Shown here: positions 37,782 through 47,834 of the stretch, in pieces
Layout: each line of letters begins with the position of its first letter
Position numbering within the stretch: the stretch's first letter is position 1
NCBI GenBank assembly: GCA_963791285.1
Contig: CAWBSC010000025.1
Location: 92,520 to 156,519, forward strand
Source: an uncultured delta proteobacterium
Lineage (GTDB): Bacteria > Desulfobacterota > Desulfobacteria > Desulfobacterales > SpSt-501
Direction: 5' to 3'
Length of the DNA: 64,000 bases
Made by a program: the position numbers and the translations under genes
Notes under the pieces: generated by a model
What the model saw: only the letters and a program-made list of their open reading frames with translations
Databases searched by the model: none
What the model was told of the DNA's origin: nothing

Positions 37782-38864
37782 ATGGCGAAAATCGACGCGT
37801 TCTTCAAGCTGATGCACGAGCAGGGCGCCTCCGACCTGCACCTGGTGGCCGGCCAGCCGCCCGCGCTGCGCATCCGCGGCGAGATCGAGCGGGTCAAGTA
37901 CAAGGTCCTGACCAGCGACGACCTGCGGGCCATGCTTTACGAGATCACCCCCGAGCACAAGATCAAGGTCTTCGAGGAAACCGGGGACATCGATTTCGGT
38001 TACGAGATCCCGGGGCTGGCCCGCTACCGCGCCAACTACTTCATGCAGAAAAACGGGGTCGGGGCCGTCTTCCGCGAGATCCCGAACACCATCATGACGG
38101 CCGAGCAGCTCGGACTGCCTCCGGTGATCTCGAAGCTCGCCATGCTGCCCCGCGGCCTGATCCTGGTGACGGGGCCCACCGGCAGCGGCAAGTCCACGAC
38201 CCTCGCCTCGGTCATCGACGTCTCCAACCGCAACCGCAAGGACCACATCATCACGGTCGAGGACCCGATCGAGTTCGTCCACCAGAGCCAGGGCTGCATC
38301 ATCAACCAGCGCGAGGTCGGAATCCACACCAAGAGCTTCTCGGCCGCGCTGCGCGGGGCGCTGCGCGAGGACCCGGACATCATCCTGGTCGGCGAAATGC
38401 GCGACCTGGAGACCATCTCGCTCGCCGTGGAGGCGGCCACCACCGGCCACCTGGTCTTTTCGACCCTGCATACCTCGAGCGCGGCCAAGACGGTCGACCG
38501 CGTAATCGAAGTCTTCCCCTCGCAGGAACAGGCGCTCATCCGCTCCACCCTGGCCGATGGCATTCGAGCCGTGATTTCGCAGGTGCTTTTCAAGCGCATC
38601 GACAAGATCGGGCGCATCGTCGCCCTCGAGATCCTGATCGGCACCCCGGGCGTGCGCAACCTGATCCGCGAGGGCAAGAGCCACCAGATCCCCTCCATGA
38701 TCCAGACCGGCAAGAAGTACGGCATGACGCTGCTCGACGACTCGATCATGGAGCTCTTCAAGCGCGGGGCCATCAGCGCCGAGGATGCCTATGCCAAGTC
38801 GAACGAGAAGGCGCGCTTCCGACCGCTGCTGAGGGGCGTGCCGAGCGACTTCACGGAGGCGTGA
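37782..38864 (+). CDS. pilT: type IV pilus twitching-motility ATPase PilT
   Basis: 360 aa. Walker A GPTGSGKSTT. PilT signature AHLVFSTLHT-like GHLVFSTLHTSSAAKTVDRVI. GMxTLDxS-like GMTLLDDS. Confidence 0.92.
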   Translation: MAKIDAFFKLMHEQGASDLHLVAGQPPALRIRGEIERVKYKVLTSDDLRAMLYEITPEHKIKVFEETGDIDFGYEIPGLARYRANYFMQKNGVGAVFREIPNTIMTAEQLGLPPVISKLAMLPRGLILVTGPTGSGKSTTLASVIDVSNRNRKDHIITVEDPIEFVHQSQGCIINQREVGIHTKSFSAALRGALREDPDIILVGEMRDLETISLAVEAATTGHLVFSTLHTSSAAKTVDRVIEVFPSQEQALIRSTLADGIRAVISQVLFKRIDKIGRIVALEILIGTPGVRNLIREGKSHQIPSMIQTGKKYGMTLLDDSIMELFKRGAISAEDAYAKSNEKARFRPLLRGVPSDFTEA

Positions 38865-38868
38865 GAAC

Positions 38869-40036
38869 GTGAAAAAGCAAGAGATCGACCACATCCTGGT
38901 CAAGATGCTCGACTCCCACCGGGAGGTGTCCGACCTGAACTTCACGGTCGGCAAACCCATGCAGGTGGAGAGCTCGGGCGAGTTGTTGCCGGTCGAGATG
39001 CGCGGCAGCAGCAAGCCGCTCACGCCCTTTCAGACCGAGGTGATCGCACTGAACCTCATCAATCAGGAGCGCCGCCTCACCGAGGCGGTGCTCAAGACCG
39101 GCTCCTGCGACCTCTCCTACGCGCTGCCCGGCAAGGCGCGCTTCCGCGTCAACATCTTCTCCCAGGGCGGCAATTTCTCGATCGTGTGCCGCAAGCTCGA
39201 GTCCAAGATCCCCACCATCGAGGAGCGCGGGCTGCCCAAGGCCCTGTATCAGATCGCCAAGGAGAAGAACGGGATCGTGTTCGTGACCGGCGCCACGGGC
39301 TCGGGCAAGACGACCAGCCTCGCCGCCGTGCTGGACGACATCAACGAGCGCCGCTCGGTCCACGTCATCACGCTCGAGGACCCGGTCGAGTACCAGCACC
39401 CCCACAAGAAGTCGACCTTCAACCAGCGCGAGCTCGGCATGGATTTCGACCACTACTCCAGCGGGCTGCGCGCCGCGCTGCGCCAGGCCCCCAAGGTGAT
39501 CCTGGTGGGCGAGATGCGCGACCGCGAAACGGTGGAGATCGGCCTGAGCGCCGCCGAGACCGGACACCTGGTGCTGACCACCCTGCACACCACGGACGCC
39601 GGCTCGACCATCAACCGCATCCTCGGCATGTTCCCGAACGAGGACGAGCAGCAGATCCGCATCCGACTGGCGGACGCCCTGCGCTGGATCGTCTGCCAGC
39701 GCCTGCTGCCCAAGGTCGGCGGCGGGCGGGTCGCGGCCTTTGAAGTTCTCGGGACCAGCCTGCGGGTCAAGGACGCGATCCTGAACGGCGAAGCCGAGGG
39801 CCGAGACCTTCTACGACATCATGGAGGCCGGCACCGCCTTCGGCATGCTCACCTTCGACCAGAACCTGGTCTCGCTGTTCGAGCAGGGCCTGATCACGCA
39901 GGAAACGGCCATGGGGTATGCCTCGCACCGGGGTTCGGTCGGGCGCGGGATCGACATGATCAAGAGCGCCCGCGGCGAGGCCACGACCGACATCGGCAAG
40001 CTGGAGATCGACAAGGCCTACAACCAGATGATCTGA
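38869..40036 (+). pseudogene. PilT/PilU-family retraction ATPase paralogue, 1 frameshift in this assembly
   Basis: GTG start. Walker A GATGSGKTTS, then GHLVLTTLHTTDAGSTINRIL. After an extra base near 39804 the sense continues in ORF 39821..40036 (FYDIMEAGTAFGMLTFDQNLVSLFEQGLITQETA). Confidence 0.85.
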
Positions 40037-40067
40037 GGGGGGACGACCGAGGACCCCGGGGACGACC

Positions 40068-40718
40068 ATGAACATCACCTGCAGTCACTGCCGGAGCCAG
40101 TTCAAGATCGCGCACGACAAATTCCCGCCGGGCGCGCGCTCGGCCGCCTTCACCTGCCCCAAGTGTCAGACCCGCGTGACGGTCGACGCCCCGCCGCCCG
40201 CCCCCGGGCCCTCCAAGGTGTCCCTGAACGAGATCGACACCAGCGCCTACAACCCGGCCGACCGCCCCTTCGACTTCGTCGAGGAGGAAGGCAAAACCGC
40301 GCTGGTGTGCGAGCAGCACCCGTTGATCCGCAAACCGATCCTCGAAAACCTGGAGCTGATGGAGTATCAGATCACGGTCGCCGAAAGCGCCCGCGACGCC
40401 CTCAAGCGCATGCGCTACCACCTCTACGACCTGGTGGTGGTGAACGAGGACTTCGACACGGACACGCCCGACGCCAACGGAGTGCTGATCTATCTCGAAC
40501 GCCTGGGCATGGCCGCGCGGCGCAACACCTTCGTCGCGATGATCACCGGCCGCCACCGCACCATGGACTACATGACCGCCTTCATGAAGAGCGTCAACCT
40601 GATCGTCAACACGAAGAACATCGACGACTTCGCCAAGATCCTCAGCCGCGGCCTGACCGACCACCTCGCCTTCTACCGGATTCTGCGGGAGAAGCTGCAC
40701 GAGTTCGGCCGCACCTGA
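40068..40718 (+). CDS. zinc-ribbon (MJ0042-type CxxC...CxxC) protein with a receiver-like C-terminal domain
   Basis: 216 aa. MNITCSHCRSQFKI...FTCPKCQTRV. The C-terminal TALVCEQHP...YDLVVVNEDF...FVAMITG has a CheY-like pattern. Confidence 0.7.
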   Translation: MNITCSHCRSQFKIAHDKFPPGARSAAFTCPKCQTRVTVDAPPPAPGPSKVSLNEIDTSAYNPADRPFDFVEEEGKTALVCEQHPLIRKPILENLELMEYQITVAESARDALKRMRYHLYDLVVVNEDFDTDTPDANGVLIYLERLGMAARRNTFVAMITGRHRTMDYMTAFMKSVNLIVNTKNIDDFAKILSRGLTDHLAFYRILREKLHEFGRT

Positions 40719-40907
40719 CCCCTTGGCCCGCACGGGCCCCTTCTGCCGCTCGTCCAAACTTCCGCTGTTTCGTCGAGCGGACAGGGAATCCCAGTTTAAT
40801 TGCAGATACGCTTCGAGGTTCCGGGACAACACGCCAGCGATTGAGTCGATTAGCAGATCAAACCCCTCGTTAGCAGAATATGTTTTTTAAAGGCTGGTCT
40901 GGCCTCC

Positions 40908-42788
40908 TCAGTTCTTGAGATTCTCAACGAGGATCCGCCGCACCTCCTCAATGGCCAGCGGCGATTCCTGCGCCGAGTGGCCGGAGTGGACGACGAGCTC
41001 GGAGGCGACCCCGTCGATGTGGGCGCTCTTGTAGGCCACGACCCCGTCATCCCACTCTTCCCTCGGGTCTTCGGGGTTGGCCACGGCAATGATGGAGTGG
41101 GCGATGACGCCCGGCGCAATCGGGATCGATGAAAAGGTTTTGATGAATCCGCTCTCGGGGCTCATGTTGTCGGTGCTGCGCGGGACTTCACCCCCCATCG
41201 AACGTGCCGTGACGGCCTCGGGACTCCTTTGGAAAATTTCCTGCAGAGGGCTGAGAAGCGTGCCGGGCAGCGAAATCAGACGCCTCAGCAACTCGCTGAT
41301 ATAACCTCCAGTAAAGTGACTGCCCTGGTGGGGTGTCGAGATGAAGACGACTCGGTGGACAAACGGCAGGGGTTTGTAGAAGAGGCTGCGCCGGAGCAGT
41401 TCGCGCGTATCGGACGAGACGTCGAGCTGATCGATGGGGACGTTGAAAAGGCGATCCCAGAAACGATCGCCGCTGTCGATGGCGGTCAGCTTCGTTAGCA
41501 GCCCGCCCTGGCTGTGGCCGATGACCACCATCTTCCGCAGGGCCTCATCCTGCCCCGAGGGGTCGAGTTGCTGAACCACGTTGCGCAGGCCTTGCGTGAG
41601 AATCCCTCCGGAGTACAGAATGGGGTTGCCGGTGTTGTAAGTGAACAGCCAGACTTGGTAACGGTTCCACAATTCCGGGTCGTTGAGGATTTCGTTGAGC
41701 ATTTGCGCCCACCGCGCCGGGCTCGAAGCCGTTCCGTGAACGAGCACCAGCGGAATCCGGCCGGGACGGTAAGGCGCCATGAGAAGCACGTTATCCTTGA
41801 AACGGGCGGTCTCCTTAAAAATCGCGAGGTCCCCCGATAAAAGCCCCTTGAGCTCCATTGCGTAGGCCTGCGACCCCTCAAGCGTGTCGGCAAGGACGGC
41901 CGTCAGCGCGTACTCCAGTGGTACGGTGCGGTTGCCGACGGTGACGGAGGTGTCTTCCTGCGTGGTGTGGAGGGTCAGCCGTCCTTCCATCCGGCCGGTC
42001 CGGATTCCCTCCTCAACATTTTCCAGGCGCAGGAAGGCGGTGGCCGCCACTCGTAACCCCACCGGGACCATGGCAAATTCCCGCTCCTCCGCCCCCGGCC
42101 GGTGTTGCAGGGCGGCGGCCAGGGACGCCCCGATCCCCGGCCAGCGGTAGGTGTTCCGGAGGCCGCGCACCTCGAGCTCCGCTGTGTCTACAAAATTCAC
42201 CATGCGGAACGGGCCGTAGCGAAACTCATCCGGATCGATGTGGACGGAAAGCTCCCCGAAGGGAAGCCTGTAAACCCCTTCCTCTAAAATTACATGTCGT
42301 TTCTCCGGTATAAGCACCTGTCTGTTTTCCGGTTCGGCGAAGCCCCCGGTGATGCCCCGGTTGTAAAGTTCGACGGCGGTTCGAAAACGGGGGTCAAAAG
42401 GGTCCGGGGATGCGCCGGAACCCTGCGGGAAGAGAAACGCATACGAATATACCGCGGCGGCGAGGAAGTAGGACCGGTCACCGCTTTTTGCCGCATGCAG
42501 GAAGGAAAGCTCCGCCAGGGCAAAGAGCCGGTCGGCCTCGCGGGCGGTGGGGAGAGTCTGGTGCAGGGCTGCGATCGCCTCGGTCGGTTCACTCTGGAAC
42601 TGCTTCTCCAGGCCGGCCCGGTTGAGAATCTGTAGCGTCGGGGCGCTCAGTTTGTCGTTTGACAAAACGGTTTCGGTCAGCCTGCGGTTGGCCTCCTTTG
42701 AATCCAGCGGGCGCACGCCCACCGGCGTGGCGCATCCGGACAATGCAAGCACCACAGCGAGATAAAAAACGCAAGTAATTCGCCGCAT
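40908..42788 (-). CDS. alpha/beta-hydrolase lipoprotein (lipase/esterase-like)
   Basis: Start at MRRITCVFYLAVVLALSGC (lipobox). Nucleophile elbow VVIGHSQGG. Intact ORF in the lower-GC island. Confidence 0.8.
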   Translation of the reverse strand: MRRITCVFYLAVVLALSGCATPVGVRPLDSKEANRRLTETVLSNDKLSAPTLQILNRAGLEKQFQSEPTEAIAALHQTLPTAREADRLFALAELSFLHAAKSGDRSYFLAAAVYSYAFLFPQGSGASPDPFDPRFRTAVELYNRGITGGFAEPENRQVLIPEKRHVILEEGVYRLPFGELSVHIDPDEFRYGPFRMVNFVDTAELEVRGLRNTYRWPGIGASLAAALQHRPGAEEREFAMVPVGLRVAATAFLRLENVEEGIRTGRMEGRLTLHTTQEDTSVTVGNRTVPLEYALTAVLADTLEGSQAYAMELKGLLSGDLAIFKETARFKDNVLLMAPYRPGRIPLVLVHGTASSPARWAQMLNEILNDPELWNRYQVWLFTYNTGNPILYSGGILTQGLRNVVQQLDPSGQDEALRKMVVIGHSQGGLLTKLTAIDSGDRFWDRLFNVPIDQLDVSSDTRELLRRSLFYKPLPFVHRVVFISTPHQGSHFTGGYISELLRRLISLPGTLLSPLQEIFQRSPEAVTARSMGGEVPRSTDNMSPESGFIKTFSSIPIAPGVIAHSIIAVANPEDPREEWDDGVVAYKSAHIDGVASELVVHSGHSAQESPLAIEEVRRILVENLKN

Positions 42789-43236
42789 GTTCGCACCAAC
42801 GGTCTCGCGAGGCTTCATCACACCCCCCTTATAGGGATTGTTGTTACTGCGGAAGGCAACCTACCGACGCGTACATCAAACGGCAAAAATGGGGTCCTGA
42901 ATTCAACAGGAAATCGCGACTCGGCTACCGAGCACGAAGGCCATGTCCACTCATAGGATTGCAGAGTCCACAACTTGGGCGTCGAGAGTCACATGCATCC
43001 AGTGGGTGAACTCCATGTTTTAAAGGCATCGCCACCGGTTTCGTGGTCGATTGCGAGATTGTCCATCAGGCCTTTATTCGCGCATTGCAGGTGATAGATG
43101 CGCGAATGCGCTCGTGGTCGCCAGCGCGCAAACGAGCACGGCGGGGATGAGGATTTGTCTGCGCGTAGTATCCATTGTTGTTCTCCTCTTTATGCGTGTA
43201 TCCAACCGGGTTGCTATCTACTTCGGAAAAAACCCA

Positions 43237-45207
43237 TCAGCCCTCCTTTATCGCCCGGACCTCTGCGGCGCGTTCATCCACGGGGATCCCCGGCAGTTCG
43301 CCCTTGGTCCTGACCGGCAGGCTGCGCAGGTGATCCATGATCGCCTGCCATTCCTTGATCTCGCGGCCGGCGCTTTTCCCCGCTCCTGTGGCGACACTGC
43401 CCTTGTCCGTCGTGCCCGGCGGCGGCAGCAGGTAACCCGAGTTTTCGTGAGCCGCATCGAGTGCCTCAACTCTGGACTTGAGGGGCTGCCCCGCCTTATT
43501 CTTGGGAACAAGAGACAGCTTGCCTTTGGTGGTCTTGGGGATGGCCACGATAAATACGCCGAGCATCAGTGGGCACGTGAGGCTGTACAAGCGTTCGTCC
43601 TTGCCTGTGATGTCGATTGCTCGGTAGCCGCGATCGAGGTCTCCCAGTTCAATGGCCGTCACGACGTCGAACTGTGGGCGGGACATGTCGTACCGGAACC
43701 TCATGCCGGAGGCGCGAGGGAAGAACTCGCCGGGGTGGGCGGGGTTGTCTACGAGCCAGTACCCGAGCAGGTACTTCAGGTCCAGACCCGTGAAGTAGCC
43801 GGTCACGAGTGCACTGCCTGCCGTCGTATCCACCACACCGTAGCCGAGGGGTGCCACGGCGAAAATATCGTAGACTGTTTGCACGCCGGACTTTCCCCGG
43901 GTCAGGCCGGTACGCATCAGCCCGTTGACGCTGAAGCCGATGTCCGCTTTCGTGGCGCTTCTGAAGGCATCGGTGCAAAGGTTGGCGAGGATCGTGCTGG
44001 CGGCGATGTCGGTAAACGTGTTGGGCAGGTCCTGCGGAATGATCGCCAGCGGCTGGTCGACGCTGTAGCCGCGGGAGGCGAACACGGCCGTGGTGACGGA
44101 CTTCTTGAGTTTTTGGATCTCGTCGGCGATCGCCCGATCGCCGGCAATACTGTCGTCGATCGGGTAGAGCTTGTAGGAGTCGACCGACAGCTTGGCGCCG
44201 TCCAGTGTGATCACCAGCTCGCCAAGGCTCTTCCCTTCCTTTCCGGTCTGGACTACAGGCGTGCGGTCATTGACGATGACCGTCTCCTGCAGCTCGGTAT
44301 GGCTGTGCCCGCCGATCACCACATCGATGCCCGGCACGGCTTCGGCCAGGCGCACGTCGTCACCGCCGGTGTAGCGCCCGTCCTTGCCTTTCTCCACGCC
44401 GCCGTGACTGAGCGCGATGACCACATCCACCTTCTCGTTTTCGCGGAGAACCTTCACCATTTCCCGGGCGGTCTCGATTGCGTCGGTGAAGGTAACCGCA
44501 CCGCCATTGGCGTAGAAGATGGCTTCTTTGCCGATCACCCCGAATAGGCCGAAGCGAATGCCGCCGCGTTCGATCACGAGATGACGGCGCAGCACCCTGG
44601 CCTTGGCAAGGCGTTGCAGATCCGCCAGTGCTGGATCTTGCTTCGTGAAGCTGGTATTTGAGGTGAGCACCACCGGGACGTGGCCCGCTTTCGCGGCCAC
44701 GCCGATGGACCGGCCCAGGCCCTCAGGCCCGTAGTCGAATTCATGGTTGCCGAAGGTGGTGGCGTCATATCCCATTCGCGACATGAGCTGCAGTTCGCCG
44801 CCGATCTCACGCGTGGCGGCGCCGAATGCGGTCCCCATGCTGTAGTCGCCTGCGTCAAGCACCAGCACAGGACCCTGCTCCTTGCGCGCCTCCCTCCTCA
44901 TGGCGATCAACCCGGCCAAACGTGCGTACCCGCCCCGGGTCTTGTCGTCGTTAAGCGTGAACGGCGTGTAGTCCGAAGCCGGACCCAGCCCGATGAAGGC
45001 CGAGTGCATGTCATTGGTGTGCAGGATTGTAAAAGTCTTCTTCCCGCCCGCTGCTTCAGACGTGCCTCCAGGCAGGAGTACCGCCACACCGACTGCCGCT
45101 GCGCCAGCCAGGAACTCGCGACGGGTGATCGTATCGCGTGACTTGAGGGTGAAGGTCTTTTCTGCGTCCGCTGCTGCTGCCGGTTCTTTGTCTCTGGTCT
45201 TTATCAT
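43237..45207 (-). CDS. bifunctional metallophosphatase / 5'-nucleotidase, Tat-exported
   Basis: 656 aa. Twin-arginine signal TRREFLAGAAAVGVAVLL. Metallophosphatase motifs HTNDMHS, DAGDY, GNHEFD and GGHSH. Confidence 0.88.
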   Translation of the reverse strand: MIKTRDKEPAAAADAEKTFTLKSRDTITRREFLAGAAAVGVAVLLPGGTSEAAGGKKTFTILHTNDMHSAFIGLGPASDYTPFTLNDDKTRGGYARLAGLIAMRREARKEQGPVLVLDAGDYSMGTAFGAATREIGGELQLMSRMGYDATTFGNHEFDYGPEGLGRSIGVAAKAGHVPVVLTSNTSFTKQDPALADLQRLAKARVLRRHLVIERGGIRFGLFGVIGKEAIFYANGGAVTFTDAIETAREMVKVLRENEKVDVVIALSHGGVEKGKDGRYTGGDDVRLAEAVPGIDVVIGGHSHTELQETVIVNDRTPVVQTGKEGKSLGELVITLDGAKLSVDSYKLYPIDDSIAGDRAIADEIQKLKKSVTTAVFASRGYSVDQPLAIIPQDLPNTFTDIAASTILANLCTDAFRSATKADIGFSVNGLMRTGLTRGKSGVQTVYDIFAVAPLGYGVVDTTAGSALVTGYFTGLDLKYLLGYWLVDNPAHPGEFFPRASGMRFRYDMSRPQFDVVTAIELGDLDRGYRAIDITGKDERLYSLTCPLMLGVFIVAIPKTTKGKLSLVPKNKAGQPLKSRVEALDAAHENSGYLLPPPGTTDKGSVATGAGKSAGREIKEWQAIMDHLRSLPVRTKGELPGIPVDERAAEVRAIKEG

Positions 45208-45326
45208 CGCGACCTGTATATTTTGTTGATTGCTGCACCCATCGCCTTACACGATGGGCGCAGCAGTGAAACGCCAGGTTAGTGGCCACGACGGGGCGCT
45301 ACCCGCAGCGCCCCGTTTGCTCCGTG

Positions 45327-46928
45327 CTACTTAGACCCGCTGCTTTCGTTCAGCTTCTGAAGAACTTCATCCAGGTTGAAGCTGGCCGCCTTCTGCCGCT
45401 GAGGGTAGTCCTTGAAGGTCATCAGGAACTGGCCTACATACGCCTGCGCAGGGACCATCAGGAAGGCGTGATCCAACAGCCAGTCGTAATAAGTGTTCGA
45501 AGTGATATCCGCCCGCTCGTACGGGTCCGTGCGGAGATTGAAAATCTTCGGCACCCGCAGGCTGGTGAATGGGTTCGCCCAGATAAGCATCGTTCCGGGG
45601 GCCCGTTGCTCCATGAATACGAGCTTCCAGTTGTCGTAGCGCAGGCCGGTCAATTGCTGGTCATCGTTGATGTACAGGAACGATTCCCGCGGGCTCTTCT
45701 CGGCTTGGCCGGTCAGGTAGGGGACGAGGTTGTCACCGTCCAGATGGACCTTGTAAGTCATGTCTCCAACCTTGTAGCCCTTGAGCAACTTATCTTTCAC
45801 TTGCGTATCACCGGCCACGGCCAGAAGGGTCGGCAGCCAGTCAAGGTGAGCAACCATCTCGTTGGACACCTGGCCCGGTTTGATCTTGCCCGGCCAGCGG
45901 ACCATGCCAGGTACCCGGTAGGCACCTTCCCAGTTCGAGTTTTTCTCGCTGCGGAACGGCGTCATGGCACCATCCGGCCAGCTGTTCATGTGCGGGCCGT
46001 TGTCGGTGCTGTACATGACGAAGGTGTTGTCCGCGATGCCGAGGTCGTCCAGCGCCTTGAGCACCTGGCCGACATTCTTGTCGTGGTCGATCATGGTGTC
46101 ATGGTACGGGCTCTGCCAGCGCCCTGCCTGGCCAATGCTCTCCGGCTTGGTGTGGGTGCGGAAGTGCATGTGGGAGAAGTTCACCCAGACAAAGGCGGGC
46201 TTGCCGGCCTCGTTTTGCCGCTTAATGAAATCCACGGCCCGGTTGGCGACGTCATCGTCGATCGTTTCCATCCGCTTTTTGGTCAGGGGACCGGTGTCTT
46301 TGCACACCTGCTTGCCGACCTTGCCGAAGCGTGGATCCACAGTCTGGTCGTCCGTGCTCGAGGCCTTACAGTCCATCACGCCACGGGGGCCAAACTTTGC
46401 ACGGAACGCCGGATCTTTCGGGTAGTCAGGCAGTTCCGGCTCTTCCTCCGCGTTCAGGTGATAGAGATTGCCGTAGAACTCGTCAAAGCCGTGCACGGTG
46501 GGGAGGAACTCGTTGCGGTCCCCCAAATGGTTCTTGCCGAACTGGCCGGTGGCATAGCCGAGCGGTTTGAGCAGCTCGGCAATGGTCGGGTCTTCCTTTT
46601 GCAACCCTTGCGTCGCGCCTGGCAGACCGACCTTGGTCAAGCCAGTGCGCAAGCCGGACTGACCGGTGATGAATGACCCCCGGCCGGCGGTGCAGCTCTG
46701 CTCAGCATAGGTGTCGGTGAACATCATTCCTTCCTTGGCAACCCGGTCGATGTTGGGCGTCTTGAAGCCCATGAGGCCTTGCGAGTAGGCGCTGACGTCG
46801 GACAGGCCGATGTCGTCGCCCCAGATGATGACGATGTTAGGCTTCTTGTCCGCCGCTGCTGCCTCGCCGGCGATGCACGCCAAACCGACAGCAGTTATGG
46901 CGAACAGGTGTAACAGTTTCTTTTTCAT
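45327..46928 (-). CDS. arylsulfatase (Cys-type formylglycine sulfatase)
   Basis: Start at MKKKLLHLFAITAVGLACIAGEAAA (ATG 46928, AAGGAGGAG upstream). FGly motif SCTAGRGSFITG. GKNHLG block present. Confidence 0.9.
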   Translation of the reverse strand: MKKKLLHLFAITAVGLACIAGEAAAADKKPNIVIIWGDDIGLSDVSAYSQGLMGFKTPNIDRVAKEGMMFTDTYAEQSCTAGRGSFITGQSGLRTGLTKVGLPGATQGLQKEDPTIAELLKPLGYATGQFGKNHLGDRNEFLPTVHGFDEFYGNLYHLNAEEEPELPDYPKDPAFRAKFGPRGVMDCKASSTDDQTVDPRFGKVGKQVCKDTGPLTKKRMETIDDDVANRAVDFIKRQNEAGKPAFVWVNFSHMHFRTHTKPESIGQAGRWQSPYHDTMIDHDKNVGQVLKALDDLGIADNTFVMYSTDNGPHMNSWPDGAMTPFRSEKNSNWEGAYRVPGMVRWPGKIKPGQVSNEMVAHLDWLPTLLAVAGDTQVKDKLLKGYKVGDMTYKVHLDGDNLVPYLTGQAEKSPRESFLYINDDQQLTGLRYDNWKLVFMEQRAPGTMLIWANPFTSLRVPKIFNLRTDPYERADITSNTYYDWLLDHAFLMVPAQAYVGQFLMTFKDYPQRQKAASFNLDEVLQKLNESSGSK

Positions 46929-47403
46929 TTTCTCCTCCTTGTTTAAATTGTGCCTTGCACAAAGACCCTTGACACGCGTGTCCTCCAAACATTTGCGCCG
47001 GAGGTCTTCTTTTAACTTAATGGCGTTATCACAAAATCGGTCTTTTGGTGGTAACTTCGGATGATAACCATACCCCGCCGATCCTGCAATCGGCATAAAA
47101 AGTAACATGAATCCCAGGGCGGCTTGAAGATTAGACTGCGTGCCTGTTCCGCAACTTTTGCCGGCCGCATAAATGAGGGTTTAGCTAACGCTACATACAA
47201 ATTTACTATCAGGCTACAATCGGCGAGCGCCTGAGTGGATGACGATGGAGAACCTACCGAAGTGCCAAAGTGCGGGTTTTGGAGGGTTAACCGCAGGTTG
47301 GGCGTAGCCGCTAAGCGGCGCGCGAAAGGAGGGAGAAGCCGACTTAAGCGCATCCGGTTGAGCCGCGTGTTAGGCCCGACCGTGTTAGATGTCGGGCCTG
47401 AGC

Positions 47404-47748
47404 TTATTCTTGCCTGGCTATATCGACCGAGATCTCCACTGCCGGAATCGTTCCTCTGTTCTCAAGCCAGTGTGTAGTGTTCCTATCCTCGGGCCAGCCC
47501 ACTCCCGGCCCATAGTCTGTAGCGACTCCATTTCGATGGTCAGTGATCGTTCCTTGCAGTATGTAGACGGTGCCTGGCCGGTCTTTATGGCCGTGAATCG
47601 GGCCGAAGACGCCTCCCGGCTCGATGGTCACCATACGCATTCGAAGTTGGCGCCCTGCCATGCCCTCGATCTCAGGGCCAAGGTCAACCGTTGCAAGTAA
47701 CTTCACCGTAACACCTTTCGTTTCAGGTGCCACCTGCTCGTTGCTCAT
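47404..47748 (-). CDS. cupin domain protein
   Basis: 114 aa. GGVFGPIHGHKDRPGTVYILQG...THWLEN fits the two cupin motifs. Confidence 0.78.
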   Translation of the reverse strand: MSNEQVAPETKGVTVKLLATVDLGPEIEGMAGRQLRMRMVTIEPGGVFGPIHGHKDRPGTVYILQGTITDHRNGVATDYGPGVGWPEDRNTTHWLENRGTIPAVEISVDIARQE

Positions 47749-47834
47749 CGCACTCTCCTCTCAGTACTTCCTGGGTCTAACAATGATTAGATGGTTTCAT
47801 TGGGGTCGGTCGGCAATAGTGGACACCAAACTGA

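Noticed and set aside
40719-40907. Possible tRNA or tmRNA integration site at the left boundary of the lower-GC island.
   Set aside because: No cloverleaf-compatible segment, no GGTTCGAATCC-like T-arm, and no direct repeat of the boundary sequence at the other end of the island could be found by eye.
43074-43175. 33-codon minus-strand ORF with a strong GAGGAG RBS (MDTTRRQILIPAVLVCALATTSAFAHLSPAMRE), and an adjacent 26-codon ORF, upstream of the alpha/beta hydrolase gene.
   Set aside because: The signal-peptide-like sequence is suggestive, but the ORF is too short to support without conservation or expression data. Joining the two ORFs requires assuming another frameshift. Not called as a feature.
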